64,000 nucleotides of DNA from IMG/VR virus record IMGVR_UViG_3300017914_002346; one strand, written 5' to 3'. Positions 46,539 to 56,422 of this stretch are shown one piece after another (position 1 is the stretch's first letter; each line of letters starts with the position of its first letter). The stretch is from a virus (Duplodnaviria; Caudoviricetes). The position numbers and the translations under genes are program-made. The notes under the pieces are model-generated. The model saw only the letters and a program-made list of their open reading frames with translations. It made no database searches and had not been told where the DNA came from.

Positions 46539-48242
46539 TTATTTTTTAGAGTCTTTTATTTTCGAGAAGTTGCCGTCTTTATAGAACTCAATTAGTGACT
46601 TGAATCGATCACCGTTTTGACTCTTATGAGAGATAACAAACACGTTAGTCTTATCTAACCCACCTAGAATATCCCATAACACATCCGTAGCTTCTGCATC
46701 AAGAGAACTATCACCTACTTCATCCATAATAAGTAGATTAGTATTGACACTATTCTTTAACTTAGCAATCTCGCGCCAAGTAAACATTAGCGCTAAGTCA
46801 ATACGCATCTTCTCACCTTCAGAAAACGAAGCATATGAGAAAGTATCTCTATATCTAGACTTAATAACTTCATTAAACGATTCATCTAGATGGAACGAAT
46901 AATTGGCACCCATACGATCTAAGTATTGATTAATCAATTGATTCATTACGGGTAGGTATTGTTTGATAATCTTAGCCTTAATACCATCATCTTTCAATAA
47001 GATCTTACAGATTTCATAGTAGTGTTTTAACTCTACTAACTCATGACCTTCTTTCTCAAGTGTCTTAAACTCTTTATCTAATACATCTAGTTCTTCTTGA
47101 GCTTGTTTAAGAGATTGTTCGTCTGATTCTTCAGTACGCGAGTTAAGATTACCATATAAAGTATACAAAGCTTTGCGTTGATTAACATGATCTTTTCTCA
47201 ACTCTATTAGAGAGTTATACTGTTCTTTAATATCATTAGCATGTGTAATCTTTTCTTCTAGTTTACTATACGCGTCTAGTACTATAGGTTTTAAACTTTC
47301 TAACTTATCTGCTTCTGTACGTAACGCAACTAATTGCTCTTCTTTAATAGAAGAGTCTATATCTTGTCTACATACATGACAGTTATCATTCGATTCATAG
47401 AACTCTATTCTACTATCTACGTTCTTTCTTTTTTCTTTTATCTCAAAGCCTTTAAACTTAGCAGCTGATAACTTATCATTTAACTCATCTGTATCAATAA
47501 GTTCAATCTGATTAATTTCACTATCTGTTTCTGCAATCTTAGACTCGATAAGACTAATCTGACCATCAATCTTATTCTTCTCTTGTAATATCTTTTCTTC
47601 TGATTCTTTAGATCTATTTACTAGGTTATTAATAAGACCTTTTTGACCTGATATCTTAGTCTTAGCTATCTCTTTCTGATACTCATTCTCTTTTATGTCG
47701 AGTTCAGTATTTTGCATCTTAGTTTTTAAGATAGTATTCATCTTAGAGAAAACAGTAATATCTAATATCTCTTCGATAATAACTCTACGGTCATTAGTAG
47801 TTAAGTCCATAAACGATTGATATCTAGCAGAACCTAGAATAACAATCTGTGTAAATGCTTTATAGTTAAGACCTATAATATCTTCTAGTTTCTTTTGATA
47901 GTCCTTGATAGCAGCATCATGAGGTATAAGTTTTTCATTTCTGTATATCTCAAACTTATTGGGTTTAACACCTCTAACTACTTTATAGTCTACTTCATTA
48001 ACCGTAAACTCGACTTGTACTTCTAAGCCTTTCTCGTTTACAGTATTCATAAGTTGTGGTTTACTAATGTTACGATAAGGTTTACCAAACACACCAAAAC
48101 ATAACGCATCTAAGATAGTAGATTTACCTGAACCATTTTGACCAGTAATAAGAACCGAAGGTACTCTATTCAATAGAATAACGTTCGGTGTGTTACCAGT
48201 AGAAAGAAAGTTCTTATAGGAGACTGTCTTAAAAGTAATCAT
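46539..48242 (-). CDS. gp46: Recombination endonuclease ATPase subunit (gp46)
   Basis: KNFLSTGN, GQNGSGKST, CHVC hook, FSEGEK, LIMDE. Confidence 0.97.
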   Translation of the reverse strand: MITFKTVSYKNFLSTGNTPNVILLNRVPSVLITGQNGSGKSTILDALCFGVFGKPYRNISKPQLMNTVNEKGLEVQVEFTVNEVDYKVVRGVKPNKFEIYRNEKLIPHDAAIKDYQKKLEDIIGLNYKAFTQIVILGSARYQSFMDLTTNDRRVIIEEILDITVFSKMNTILKTKMQNTELDIKENEYQKEIAKTKISGQKGLINNLVNRSKESEEKILQEKNKIDGQISLIESKIAETDSEINQIELIDTDELNDKLSAAKFKGFEIKEKRKNVDSRIEFYESNDNCHVCRQDIDSSIKEEQLVALRTEADKLESLKPIVLDAYSKLEEKITHANDIKEQYNSLIELRKDHVNQRKALYTLYGNLNSRTEESDEQSLKQAQEELDVLDKEFKTLEKEGHELVELKHYYEICKILLKDDGIKAKIIKQYLPVMNQLINQYLDRMGANYSFHLDESFNEVIKSRYRDTFSYASFSEGEKMRIDLALMFTWREIAKLKNSVNTNLLIMDEVGDSSLDAEATDVLWDILGGLDKTNVFVISHKSQNGDRFKSLIEFYKDGNFSKIKDSKK

Positions 48243-49273
48243 ACATCCATACTCATAGCTTCATCATATATTTCTATCATAAGCTTTTTTATTGATTCTT
48301 TATTATTTTGTGTAGCCACATCATCAATATAATCTTGTATAAGATCAGTAGTAGAGGAGACTGTAATAAGGTCTCTAACATTCTCTTGATTATATTCTTC
48401 GAATGATTCTACTATCTTAACTTCAAACGGTGCTTGAAAATTAACCTTATCTACAAAACGTTCAAAGTCTTCGAAGCTTGTCTTCTTCTTAATATTAATC
48501 TTAACATATGAATCGTTTAGTTGTTCTAGTGGATAGTCACAGCCGTCATTCCAAGTTAATCTATGGAAGTAACGATATGTATTCTCAATAAACTCCCAAG
48601 AACGATCCGTAGTGTCAAAGATCCAAAACCCTTGTTTAACTAGAGCATCAGTCCACATTAACTGATAAGGTATACCAATATAGTGTATATTTTCTATTTT
48701 ATTTTGTGCATGATAGTGACCGGATATAACTTCTTTCCAGTTCTTAAACTGAGTGGGTTTATAGCCATCGTCAGATAATCTACCAGGGAATAAAACTGCA
48801 CCTTGAGTCTCTAAATGACCCACTAATAAGTCCCCACCTTTGTTAATGACTTCTGTTATCTCTTCATAGTTCTCTTTACATACCCAAGGAATGAAAGTAA
48901 TATCAATACCATCAAAGTTAATTACCTTTGCTTCACTATAATAGTTCATATGAGGTTCAGTAAGTATCTGTTGAGGTGAGTTCATATTAAGTGAATGACG
49001 CAAAGGGATATCATGATTACCAATAATACCATGAACAGTAACACCTAACTCAGCAGCCACATCTACAAAAACTCTCTTTTGAAAAGACATCGTCTGTAGA
49101 TTAATCCATTTGCGGTTATCAAAATAATCACCAGTTTGTATTACTGTCTTAATATTATGTTCTTTAATATAAGGCCAGAATATTTTGTCTAAGAATAACT
49201 CTTGATGTCTTTGAATAACTTGATTAGAGTTACGACACCCGAAATGAGTGTCGCCTAAGAACGCAATTTTCAT
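48239..49273 (-). CDS. gp47: Recombination endonuclease nuclease subunit (gp47)
   Basis: DTHFG, GDYFDNR, GNHD, SGHYH. Confidence 0.96.
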   Translation of the reverse strand: MKIAFLGDTHFGCRNSNQVIQRHQELFLDKIFWPYIKEHNIKTVIQTGDYFDNRKWINLQTMSFQKRVFVDVAAELGVTVHGIIGNHDIPLRHSLNMNSPQQILTEPHMNYYSEAKVINFDGIDITFIPWVCKENYEEITEVINKGGDLLVGHLETQGAVLFPGRLSDDGYKPTQFKNWKEVISGHYHAQNKIENIHYIGIPYQLMWTDALVKQGFWIFDTTDRSWEFIENTYRYFHRLTWNDGCDYPLEQLNDSYVKINIKKKTSFEDFERFVDKVNFQAPFEVKIVESFEEYNQENVRDLITVSSTTDLIQDYIDDVATQNNKESIKKLMIEIYDEAMSMDV

Positions 49274-49869
49274 TTTTTACCTTTCTTTGGTCTTAGTGGT
49301 GTACCACCTTTGTATGCTTCTCTTGACTCTTTTGTATAACCTGTACGTAAAGAAAAACCACCTTTACCTTTTTCTACTTTCTGGTTTTGTAGTTCATCTA
49401 GTTTTTGATCTGCAATAGCTCTTGCATGCTCATTTGCTACGTCATGAAATTCATTACTATCGATAACATTTACTTCTGCTTCCTGAATAAGTCTAAGGTT
49501 AAGTTCATACTTCTTTTTCTCATTCTTAATAGTCTGAATCATATGACTGAATAGTATTTGTGTTACATATGCAAACCCGTTGTCAAAACGTTCTCCATCG
49601 AAGCGGTACATATATTTCATAGCACCTAGAATAGCATTTTGTACCATTTCATCTCTATACATATAACCCTTAAAGCGAGGTGTAAGAGATAATCTATTAG
49701 ACATTTTATATACACACTCACCTAAGTAACGAGACATAACAGGTCGTTCTTTACCCTCTGCTAATGCCTTCTTACATTGCTGAGCATACTCATCTAATGC
49801 TAAAGTAAAGTCATGATTATTAACATAATGCTCGTCACCGGGCTTTTGTCTAGTTCTTTTTTGTGTCAT
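49270..49869 (-). CDS. gp55: Late transcription sigma factor (gp55)
   Basis: HYVNN..F, F.GY.YRDEM, FAYVTQI. Confidence 0.93.
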   Translation of the reverse strand: MTQKRTRQKPGDEHYVNNHDFTLALDEYAQQCKKALAEGKERPVMSRYLGECVYKMSNRLSLTPRFKGYMYRDEMVQNAILGAMKYMYRFDGERFDNGFAYVTQILFSHMIQTIKNEKKKYELNLRLIQEAEVNVIDSNEFHDVANEHARAIADQKLDELQNQKVEKGKGGFSLRTGYTKESREAYKGGTPLRPKKGKK

Positions 49870-51329
49870 AGATCAATTGTATTGATTTTATAATCAAATT
49901 CCTCTGTGGTATAATACTTAAATCGTTCGTTAGAATGTCTTAGAGCAAAATTATCTCTTGATTTATATTTTAGATCATCTATAATATCAAATACAGTAGC
50001 TTGTTGACCGTTATCTGACTTACGTAAAATTCTACCTATAGATTGTAATACTTTAATCTTCGACTTAGTAGGATGAGCAAAGATTAGATTATGTAGGTTG
50101 CGTATGTTAACTCCTGTAGAGAACACACCAAGAGACGCAACAATAACTACATCGTTATTTTCTGCCATTTGTCTTACCGCTTCTCTACTTTCTTTATCTG
50201 TTTCGCCTGCGACATAATAAAGTTGTTTTTCTGTCTCTATGTTATCGAATAGATCTTTACCATGTTCTAGTCTTTGAAAAACAACTAACGTATTACCAGG
50301 TAAGGTTCCCGCCATCTTAGATATGAGTTTATTACGTTTATCATGACTTACAATAAACTCTACTTCGTCATTATAAGACATATCTTTTACTTTTTTACGA
50401 TCTTCATCTTGGTAACGTAGCTGTAATAATCTTATATTCATCTGTGATACTTGATCACGTTCCATAAGCTCTTTAGTTGTAATCATCTTATGTATGGAAC
50501 CGAAAAGACCTTTGAGTACTAATTCGTGGGTCTTAGTATCTTGCAATGTACCTGTAAGACCTACTCTATCAGGACATATAAGCATCTTATTCATAATAGA
50601 TTGTATAGACTTTGATTGTGCATGATGTACTTCATCTACTACAATAGAACCAAATTTTGCGAACCAAGAAGCAGGTTGTTTATAAACTGACTGCCAGGTT
50701 GATATGACAACTCTTTGATATGAGTCTTTAGGAGTACCACCTGTAACACCATGCATATCGTTGAACTTACCGTTAGAGTAGTCTAAGAAGTCTGTAAACA
50801 ATTGACCTACAAGTGATATTGTAGGTACAATTATAAGTATCTTTCTATCATGTGTCTCTAACCACCATCTTATCAATGCGTATATAATAAGAGACTTACC
50901 TGAAGCGGTTGGTGATAGAAGTAAACATCTTTGTTTATGTATTGCTGTCTTAAACGCTTCTATCTGATAATCTCTCATTTGAATTGGTTTGTTATTCGAA
51001 TGAGGGTTAAGTACTTTTAGAAACTCATCTAAAAAACTATCATCAGCTATTTGTTCTCTACCAGGAAAATCATACTTGCTACCTTCGAAGAAACATTCTA
51101 CATCCATGTCTTTTGCAAACTTAGTAATGTCACCAGTTAAGCCAGCATAGATAGTACTATCTCTAAGGTTAGCGAGTCTTATCTTACCATCCCAGAACTT
51201 ATTTCTAAACTGAGGTGTAAACTCTGCACCTGGTACTTTAAATGTAAAATAGTCACTTAACATTCTTAGGTCACTTTTGTCACCTTCGAACTCTAAGTAT
51301 ACATCATTCTTTTTACGAAATGTTATCAT
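49866..51329 (-). CDS. uvsW: DNA helicase UvsW
   Basis: WDGKIRL, RDYQ, SPTASGKS, DEVH, QSIGRILR; start reassigned to MITF. Confidence 0.96.
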   Translation of the reverse strand: MITFRKKNDVYLEFEGDKSDLRMLSDYFTFKVPGAEFTPQFRNKFWDGKIRLANLRDSTIYAGLTGDITKFAKDMDVECFFEGSKYDFPGREQIADDSFLDEFLKVLNPHSNNKPIQMRDYQIEAFKTAIHKQRCLLLSPTASGKSLIIYALIRWWLETHDRKILIIVPTISLVGQLFTDFLDYSNGKFNDMHGVTGGTPKDSYQRVVISTWQSVYKQPASWFAKFGSIVVDEVHHAQSKSIQSIMNKMLICPDRVGLTGTLQDTKTHELVLKGLFGSIHKMITTKELMERDQVSQMNIRLLQLRYQDEDRKKVKDMSYNDEVEFIVSHDKRNKLISKMAGTLPGNTLVVFQRLEHGKDLFDNIETEKQLYYVAGETDKESREAVRQMAENNDVVIVASLGVFSTGVNIRNLHNLIFAHPTKSKIKVLQSIGRILRKSDNGQQATVFDIIDDLKYKSRDNFALRHSNERFKYYTTEEFDYKINTIDL

Positions 51330-51760
51330 AGACTGCCAGAAGTAAATCTTGCCCAATCAATAGCATTTTTTATTGATTGATTTCTCCACTTGATTTGTTC
51401 TAATATATGATTGAGACCTTCAAGTAGAATATTTATATACTCTATTCTCTGTTCTAGCTGTACAACTTCTGGATCAGTATTAACGTGTTTGTCAATGCCT
51501 GCTTTTGTCTTTAGTTTGAGATCGAAAGGTTTTTCTTTATAGACATCAGCAGTTGCTTGACCAGAGTAATAGAGTTCTTTCTCCTTCTTAAGATTTTCTA
51601 TCTTGTGAGAGAAAGCTATCTTTTTTGCTTTAAGATCCATAAGCATAGAAAGATATTTATGATGTAGTTTAGGAGCATCTGTAGCTGCAGTATCTAGCGC
51701 TGTCTTATCTATAGGTGCATCTTCTTCCCACATAGATAAAAGTTGCTCATGAGTCAACAT
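51326..51760 (-). CDS. uvsY: Recombination mediator UvsY
   Basis: PKLHHKYL...YYSG...PFDLK...IKNAIDW.RF. Confidence 0.92.
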   Translation of the reverse strand: MLTHEQLLSMWEEDAPIDKTALDTAATDAPKLHHKYLSMLMDLKAKKIAFSHKIENLKKEKELYYSGQATADVYKEKPFDLKLKTKAGIDKHVNTDPEVVQLEQRIEYINILLEGLNHILEQIKWRNQSIKNAIDWARFTSGSL

Positions 51761-51797
51761 AATTCTTAACCTTCCATACGAATCTCAACATGTCTAT

Positions 51798-51880
51798 TAT
51801 AAATAGTTTAATGGTAAAGTTCTTTACTATCCTTTCAAACCACTCCCAGCCATTCTGGCTAAGGGAGTCTTTTTATTTTC
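51798..51880 (+). promoter_or_regulatory. Late promoter TATAAATA plus structured leader of phoH
   Basis: TATAAATA at 51798-51805, then two hairpins and a T-run before the AGGAG SD. Confidence 0.55.
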
Positions 51881-51896
51881 AACAGGAGAAAATTAC

Positions 51897-52583
51897 ATGG
51901 CACGTGCTAAAAAGAAAGACAGTTTCGTGAAAGAGATACAGTCTTCAGCAGCATTTCACATTCAACCTAAAAATCCAACTCAACAGTACTTACTAGATTG
52001 TATTGATCAATCTGTAATGACTATTTGTATTGGACCTGCAGGGACCGGCAAAACGTTCTGCTCTGGTATGAAGGCCGCACAGTTAATTTTAAAAGGAGGT
52101 TATGATAAGATTGTGCTCACTAGACCTAATGTATCTACAGGAAGATCATTAGGATATTTTCCAGGGTCAGTAGAAGAAAAAATGACCCCGTGGCTCAAAC
52201 CTATCATGAATGTCCTTCAAGAAGGATTAGGTAAAGGTAGATATGACTACATGGTATCCAAAAATCAAATAGTTGTACAACCTATAGAGACTATTAGAGG
52301 TAATTCATTTGAAGATTGTATTATCATTGTAGATGAATCTCAAAACCTTAATATGTCAGAGATTAAAGCTATTACTACTCGTATTGGTGAAAACTCTAAA
52401 CTTATTATGCTTGGCGATCCGGCTCAATCAGATGTACATGACGGAGAAGATCTAGACGATTTTGTTGAGATGTGTCATCACTATGGAATAGAAGCACCAA
52501 TTGTAAGGTTTACTACCGATCATATTGTTCGATCGGATATAGTTGCTCAATTAGTAAAGATGTTTGCTAGAAATAAGATATAA
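51897..52583 (+). CDS. phoH: PhoH-family protein
   Basis: GPAGTGKT, LGYFPG..EEK..PW, RG.SF, DESQN, TRIGENSK, GD..QSD, IVRS. Confidence 0.96.
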   Translation: MARAKKKDSFVKEIQSSAAFHIQPKNPTQQYLLDCIDQSVMTICIGPAGTGKTFCSGMKAAQLILKGGYDKIVLTRPNVSTGRSLGYFPGSVEEKMTPWLKPIMNVLQEGLGKGRYDYMVSKNQIVVQPIETIRGNSFEDCIIIVDESQNLNMSEIKAITTRIGENSKLIMLGDPAQSDVHDGEDLDDFVEMCHHYGIEAPIVRFTTDHIVRSDIVAQLVKMFARNKI

Positions 52584-52584
52584 G

Positions 52585-52612
52585 AAAAAGGGGGCTTAAG
52601 CCCCCTTTTTTT
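52585..52612. terminator. Bidirectional terminator between convergent genes
   Basis: AAAAAGGGGGCTTAAGCCCCCTTTTTTT. Confidence 0.85.
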
Positions 52613-53048
52613 AACCTGTTGTAAAGTCTTGTGCTATATTTCCGATATAATTTGTACCATCATAAACAATAGTTACTGCATCAATTGCATTTGCATCAGT
52701 GCTTAATGTTGGATCACCACCAGGGAATTTAACATTGTTTGAACCGTCTGTAAAAGTGCCTGTTCTTGAACCAGTAGCGTCTTGAGTAATAATAATTGTC
52801 ACAGAAGAACCTGTATCAAAACCACTCATTGTAAAAGTTGCGTTTGTGTCTAAAGTAACAGATTGAATTGATCCGTCTTTCGGATCAATTGTAATTGATG
52901 AAGCAGAAGTCTTAGCTTGTACTTTTTCTTTAATACCACCTCTGAAATCAACTACTTTATCAAACTGTGATGCGTTAGCAACAGCTGGGTTAGCTAAATA
53001 TGCTGCAAATTTTCTTGCTCTTGAAGTCCATGCGGTTCTAATTGCCAT
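52611..53048 (-). CDS. Tail-fibre distal/adaptor-domain protein
   Basis: IIITQDATGSRT...KFPGGDPTLSTDANAIDAVTI.YDGTNYIG, a domain typical of marine phage fibre C-termini. Confidence 0.7.
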   Translation of the reverse strand: MAIRTAWTSRARKFAAYLANPAVANASQFDKVVDFRGGIKEKVQAKTSASSITIDPKDGSIQSVTLDTNATFTMSGFDTGSSVTIIITQDATGSRTGTFTDGSNNVKFPGGDPTLSTDANAIDAVTIVYDGTNYIGNIAQDFTTG

Positions 53049-53157
53049 GAGTGTTACTCCCTAATTTCTACTTTATTTATTATTTTTTAAAAATAGTCGT
53101 TACTTTTTCTTATAATCTGAACAGATGCCTGAGCTGTTCTAAGCCCCGGATACCATA

Positions 53158-53781
53158 TTAACTTTTAGCTTTCTTTCTTCTACCTTTACGCATATTTAAT
53201 AACCAATGAGCTAACTGTTTCTTGCGAGGTGATGCAGATGAACTAGATCGTATCTTCTTAAGAGAAGAATCAGAACCTTTAGTATTAATTCCATGACGTT
53301 TACTATCACCTTTGTCTTGTGGGTTCTTTCCATCCATAAAATTTTCACCTACTTTATTTCTAAGAGCTCTTAACTGTTCTCTCTTTTTATTAAAAGCAGT
53401 TTGTCCACCAACCATTTTTTTAGCTCTTATACCGGTAGAAGTCTTCTGTCTTTGAAAATCATTAGTTCTCATATTAGAAACACCTGTACCGGTACTACCA
53501 GTCATTATTGCTTCACTAACATCATTCATCATATAATCTCTAGCTGTATCAATATAATCACAGGCTTTAGTAATCTTATTTTGTACCCATTCAGCCATGT
53601 TAGTGTTATCTTCTAACATGTTAATCAAATCATTTGCGTTTCGAATAATACCTCTTAATTGAGTCTTAGCCATCTCACCTTCATAGTCATATTCTCTTTC
53701 GTTAGATTCTTTTGACTCAGATCTAAGTTTAATATATTCTCTTCTTTGAGCTATTTTTTTATCTCTCATATTACTTGGCAT
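53158..53781 (-). CDS. Modular protein, probable internal head protein
   Basis: DYEGEMAKTQL...WVQNKITKA.DYI module and ENFMDGKNP module. Confidence 0.6.
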   Translation of the reverse strand: MPSNMRDKKIAQRREYIKLRSESKESNEREYDYEGEMAKTQLRGIIRNANDLINMLEDNTNMAEWVQNKITKACDYIDTARDYMMNDVSEAIMTGSTGTGVSNMRTNDFQRQKTSTGIRAKKMVGGQTAFNKKREQLRALRNKVGENFMDGKNPQDKGDSKRHGINTKGSDSSLKKIRSSSSASPRKKQLAHWLLNMRKGRRKKAKS

Positions 53782-53795
53782 AGCGACCCTTCTTT

Positions 53796-53845
53796 ATTAT
53801 ACTTATTATAAATTTACGAAATTATACTTATTATAAATTTACGAA
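53796..53845. repeat. Perfect 25-bp tandem duplication
   Basis: ATTATACTTATTATAAATTTACGAA at 53796-53820 and 53821-53845. Confidence 0.95.
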
Positions 53846-53866
53846 GCTTATTCTTAATAGCTTTAT

Positions 53867-54208
53867 TTACCATTGTTTACAGCTCCAGTAACGAGCCTTT
53901 GTTTTAGGTCCAGGGTTATCACAGTTATGCCTAGCTCTAAAAGACTTTCTACGAGCTGGATTGTCAGCTTTAATTTCCATATTAGGATCACCAAAGTTAA
54001 CTTTAACTACATTACCTTTTTCGTTCTTTACATACACTGAACGCTTTTTAGGTCCACCCGGAGTCAAAAATGGCTTGTTTAATTTTACATTTTTCTTTTT
54101 GCCACCATCTTCCTCATCAATGTATAAGGCATCTTCTTCAACTTCACCCCATTCATTAATTTGTGTCTTTACATTTTCGAATACATTATCACCGGTTAAG
54201 ATGCTCAT
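53867..54208 (-). CDS. Conserved phage protein (DUF6321-like)
   Basis: VKLNKP...GPKK..VYVKN.KGNV.KV.FGDP...RRKSFRARH.C...ARYWSC..W. Confidence 0.75.
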   Translation of the reverse strand: MSILTGDNVFENVKTQINEWGEVEEDALYIDEEDGGKKKNVKLNKPFLTPGGPKKRSVYVKNEKGNVVKVNFGDPNMEIKADNPARRKSFRARHNCDNPGPKTKARYWSCKQW

Positions 54209-54217
54209 AGTTTACTC

Positions 54218-54799
54218 CTATAGTAAGTTATTATTAAGTCTACCATTTGTGTAGGTTTGATTTTCAAAGTATAAGTATCTAAATGATGCTGTACTTTTTA
54301 CATATGTTATATCTTGATCAGCAGCATTGTATGTTGGTCCATCTAAACTAATAGGAAAACAATCAACAAAATTCCAATGTACTAAAGGTTTGTTACCAGC
54401 ATCACAACCAAATACAGTTATGTTAGAGGTAGTGTTTCTCCACCCTGTACTTCCAGTAGTATTAGTTGTATTAGTAAACTCATTATACTGTTCATGTTGT
54501 TCGGGATGATTAATAGCTTTTAACCATTCAAGTACCGTTCTATAATTAGTGAAGTCTTTATCCACTAAGAACTCAAAATCTAAAGATGAATAATCAACTC
54601 CATTACCAGGTAGAAAAGCTCTAACAGGGTTAAGTCTATTAGATAAAGGTACTTCACCTCCAGTTACGTTTGGTATGTTTACTGATTGTATATTAAAAAC
54701 TAGAGAAGGTAATGTCTCTGCAACAGCATAGAAATTTTGAGGAGCTACATATGAGAGCTCTGGTATTCTAGATGATACTGTACTATATGATACTGCCAT
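54218..54799 (-). CDS. gp3: Tail completion / sheath stabiliser (gp3-like)
   Basis: QSVNIP, FLVDKDF.NY...EW, F.DCFPISL, A.F.Y; position after gp23. Confidence 0.85.
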   Translation of the reverse strand: MAVSYSTVSSRIPELSYVAPQNFYAVAETLPSLVFNIQSVNIPNVTGGEVPLSNRLNPVRAFLPGNGVDYSSLDFEFLVDKDFTNYRTVLEWLKAINHPEQHEQYNEFTNTTNTTGSTGWRNTTSNITVFGCDAGNKPLVHWNFVDCFPISLDGPTYNAADQDITYVKSTASFRYLYFENQTYTNGRLNNNLL

Positions 54800-54811
54800 A
54801 TTCTATTTATT

Positions 54812-54841
54812 AAAAAAAGAGGCAGCCGAAGCTGCCTCTTT
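54812..54841 (-). terminator. Terminator after gp23
   Basis: AGAGGCAGC-TTCG-GCTGCCTCT plus a T-run (UUCG tetraloop on minus strand). Confidence 0.9.
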
Positions 54842-54862
54842 GTTATCGTTGTATCTAAACGT

Positions 54863-56353
54863 TTACACGTTGTCGATACGGAACTTACGATAGTAAACGT
54901 TAGTATTATGAGCTGCCAAGCCTTGTGACTGTACTGCTGCAGAACCCTGTGAGAATGGATTTGAAACCATACCGTAACGAGTCTTGAAGCCAATCTTTGG
55001 CTGGAATGTCTCTTGTGCAACTGCACGTACCATCTGTAGTGGTACGTATGGGCAGTAGAACATACCTGCGTCCATGTTGTTTGCACCCTTATAACCAACA
55101 ACAGCATAATCGCCATTAGTTGCATATGGGTCAACATACACTTTCATGCGTCCGTTCAATGTACCTGCAAATACACCTGATGTCACATCAACGTTTAAGT
55201 TGTCTGACAAGCCTGATGAATAGTCTAAAAGACCAGCCATTGTCAAGCTAGATGCTACGTTTGCAGAACAAAGTACGAAATTACCTTTACCGCGGCGTGT
55301 TTCGAAAGCAATTTTGTTTGCTTCTTTCTCAAGCTGCAACATAAGGCCTTTCTGACGCTCAACTGACCAACGGCCTTGACCATCTGCAATCAAGTCAAAG
55401 ATACCATCGTTTGTTAAACCGTCTGCACCATACTTAGCTTGGCTAATCATAGTACGTACTACTTCACGGTTAATTTCAGCAAGAATTTCTGTTGACAAAA
55501 TGTTTGACAATTCTGCTTCTGCATCCAAACCATGAACTGCTTTAAGGTCTTGAACCAATTCCATGGTGTATTCACTCTTGAGCGCACGTGTCTTTGCTTC
55601 AACAGCTGTACGTTCAATTGTGAATGACATTTCACGGAAGTTATCCCCTTCACCTTCTCTGGTTGTCATACCAAATGGTGTTGTGCCTGCTGAAGACATA
55701 CCTGATGGTACATAACCTGTGTTAAGTGCTGGGTCAGCTGTTACTGTGTCAACGAATGGATCGTTAACAGGTGTAACTGAGTTGTCTGTGTAAGCTTCTG
55801 ATTCAGCTGCTGTTGAACCGTCTGACTTTGAACGTGATGGTGAGAATGGATTCCCTGAAGTATCTTCATTGGTACCTGCAGCATGTGTTCCTGGCTGACC
55901 AGTGTTAAATGCTGTACCAGAGAAGTTCGGGAATACTTCATCATAGAATGCTTCTAATCCGAGATCACCTGCACCTGGTTCGTTGTTGTTATTGTAACGT
56001 GCACGTAATGCGAAGATCAAACCTGTCGGAGCTGACATTGGCTGAACACCACATAAATCGAATGCCATCATCTGTGGCATTGCACGGCGGACCAATGAGA
56101 TAATGATTGGATCATAACCTGCACGGCCTGTAGCATTGATGGTTGCGTTTGTACCTGCGCCTGAGAATGCGCCACCGAATGCTGCACCAGAAACTGATGC
56201 TTCATCGATAATACCTGCCTCTTCCTTCAATGCCTTTTCTGTGTTTTCGAGGACCTGAGCAACAACCGCTTTACGATCACGATCCTGAATTGGATCTAGA
56301 TCTTCATGGCTGATTACTGGTGCCCATTTTTCCATAAGGACATCGGTTGACAT
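54863..56353 (-). CDS. gp23: Major capsid protein (gp23)
   Basis: DP..ISLVRR, GVQPM..PTGLIFA, ELVQDLKAVHGLDAE.EL, FYCPYVPL, FQPKIGFKTRYG. Confidence 0.99.
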   Translation of the reverse strand: MSTDVLMEKWAPVISHEDLDPIQDRDRKAVVAQVLENTEKALKEEAGIIDEASVSGAAFGGAFSGAGTNATINATGRAGYDPIIISLVRRAMPQMMAFDLCGVQPMSAPTGLIFALRARYNNNNEPGAGDLGLEAFYDEVFPNFSGTAFNTGQPGTHAAGTNEDTSGNPFSPSRSKSDGSTAAESEAYTDNSVTPVNDPFVDTVTADPALNTGYVPSGMSSAGTTPFGMTTREGEGDNFREMSFTIERTAVEAKTRALKSEYTMELVQDLKAVHGLDAEAELSNILSTEILAEINREVVRTMISQAKYGADGLTNDGIFDLIADGQGRWSVERQKGLMLQLEKEANKIAFETRRGKGNFVLCSANVASSLTMAGLLDYSSGLSDNLNVDVTSGVFAGTLNGRMKVYVDPYATNGDYAVVGYKGANNMDAGMFYCPYVPLQMVRAVAQETFQPKIGFKTRYGMVSNPFSQGSAAVQSQGLAAHNTNVYYRKFRIDNV

Positions 56354-56422
56354 TGTATTTCTCCTTCAAAAAATTTTAATAATGTCTAATTTTTCTTAAT
56401 TATTTAATACTCTTCAATTTTC

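Noticed and set aside
53796-53845. CRISPR-like repeat
   Set aside because: Only two directly abutting copies, no spacers, no cas genes
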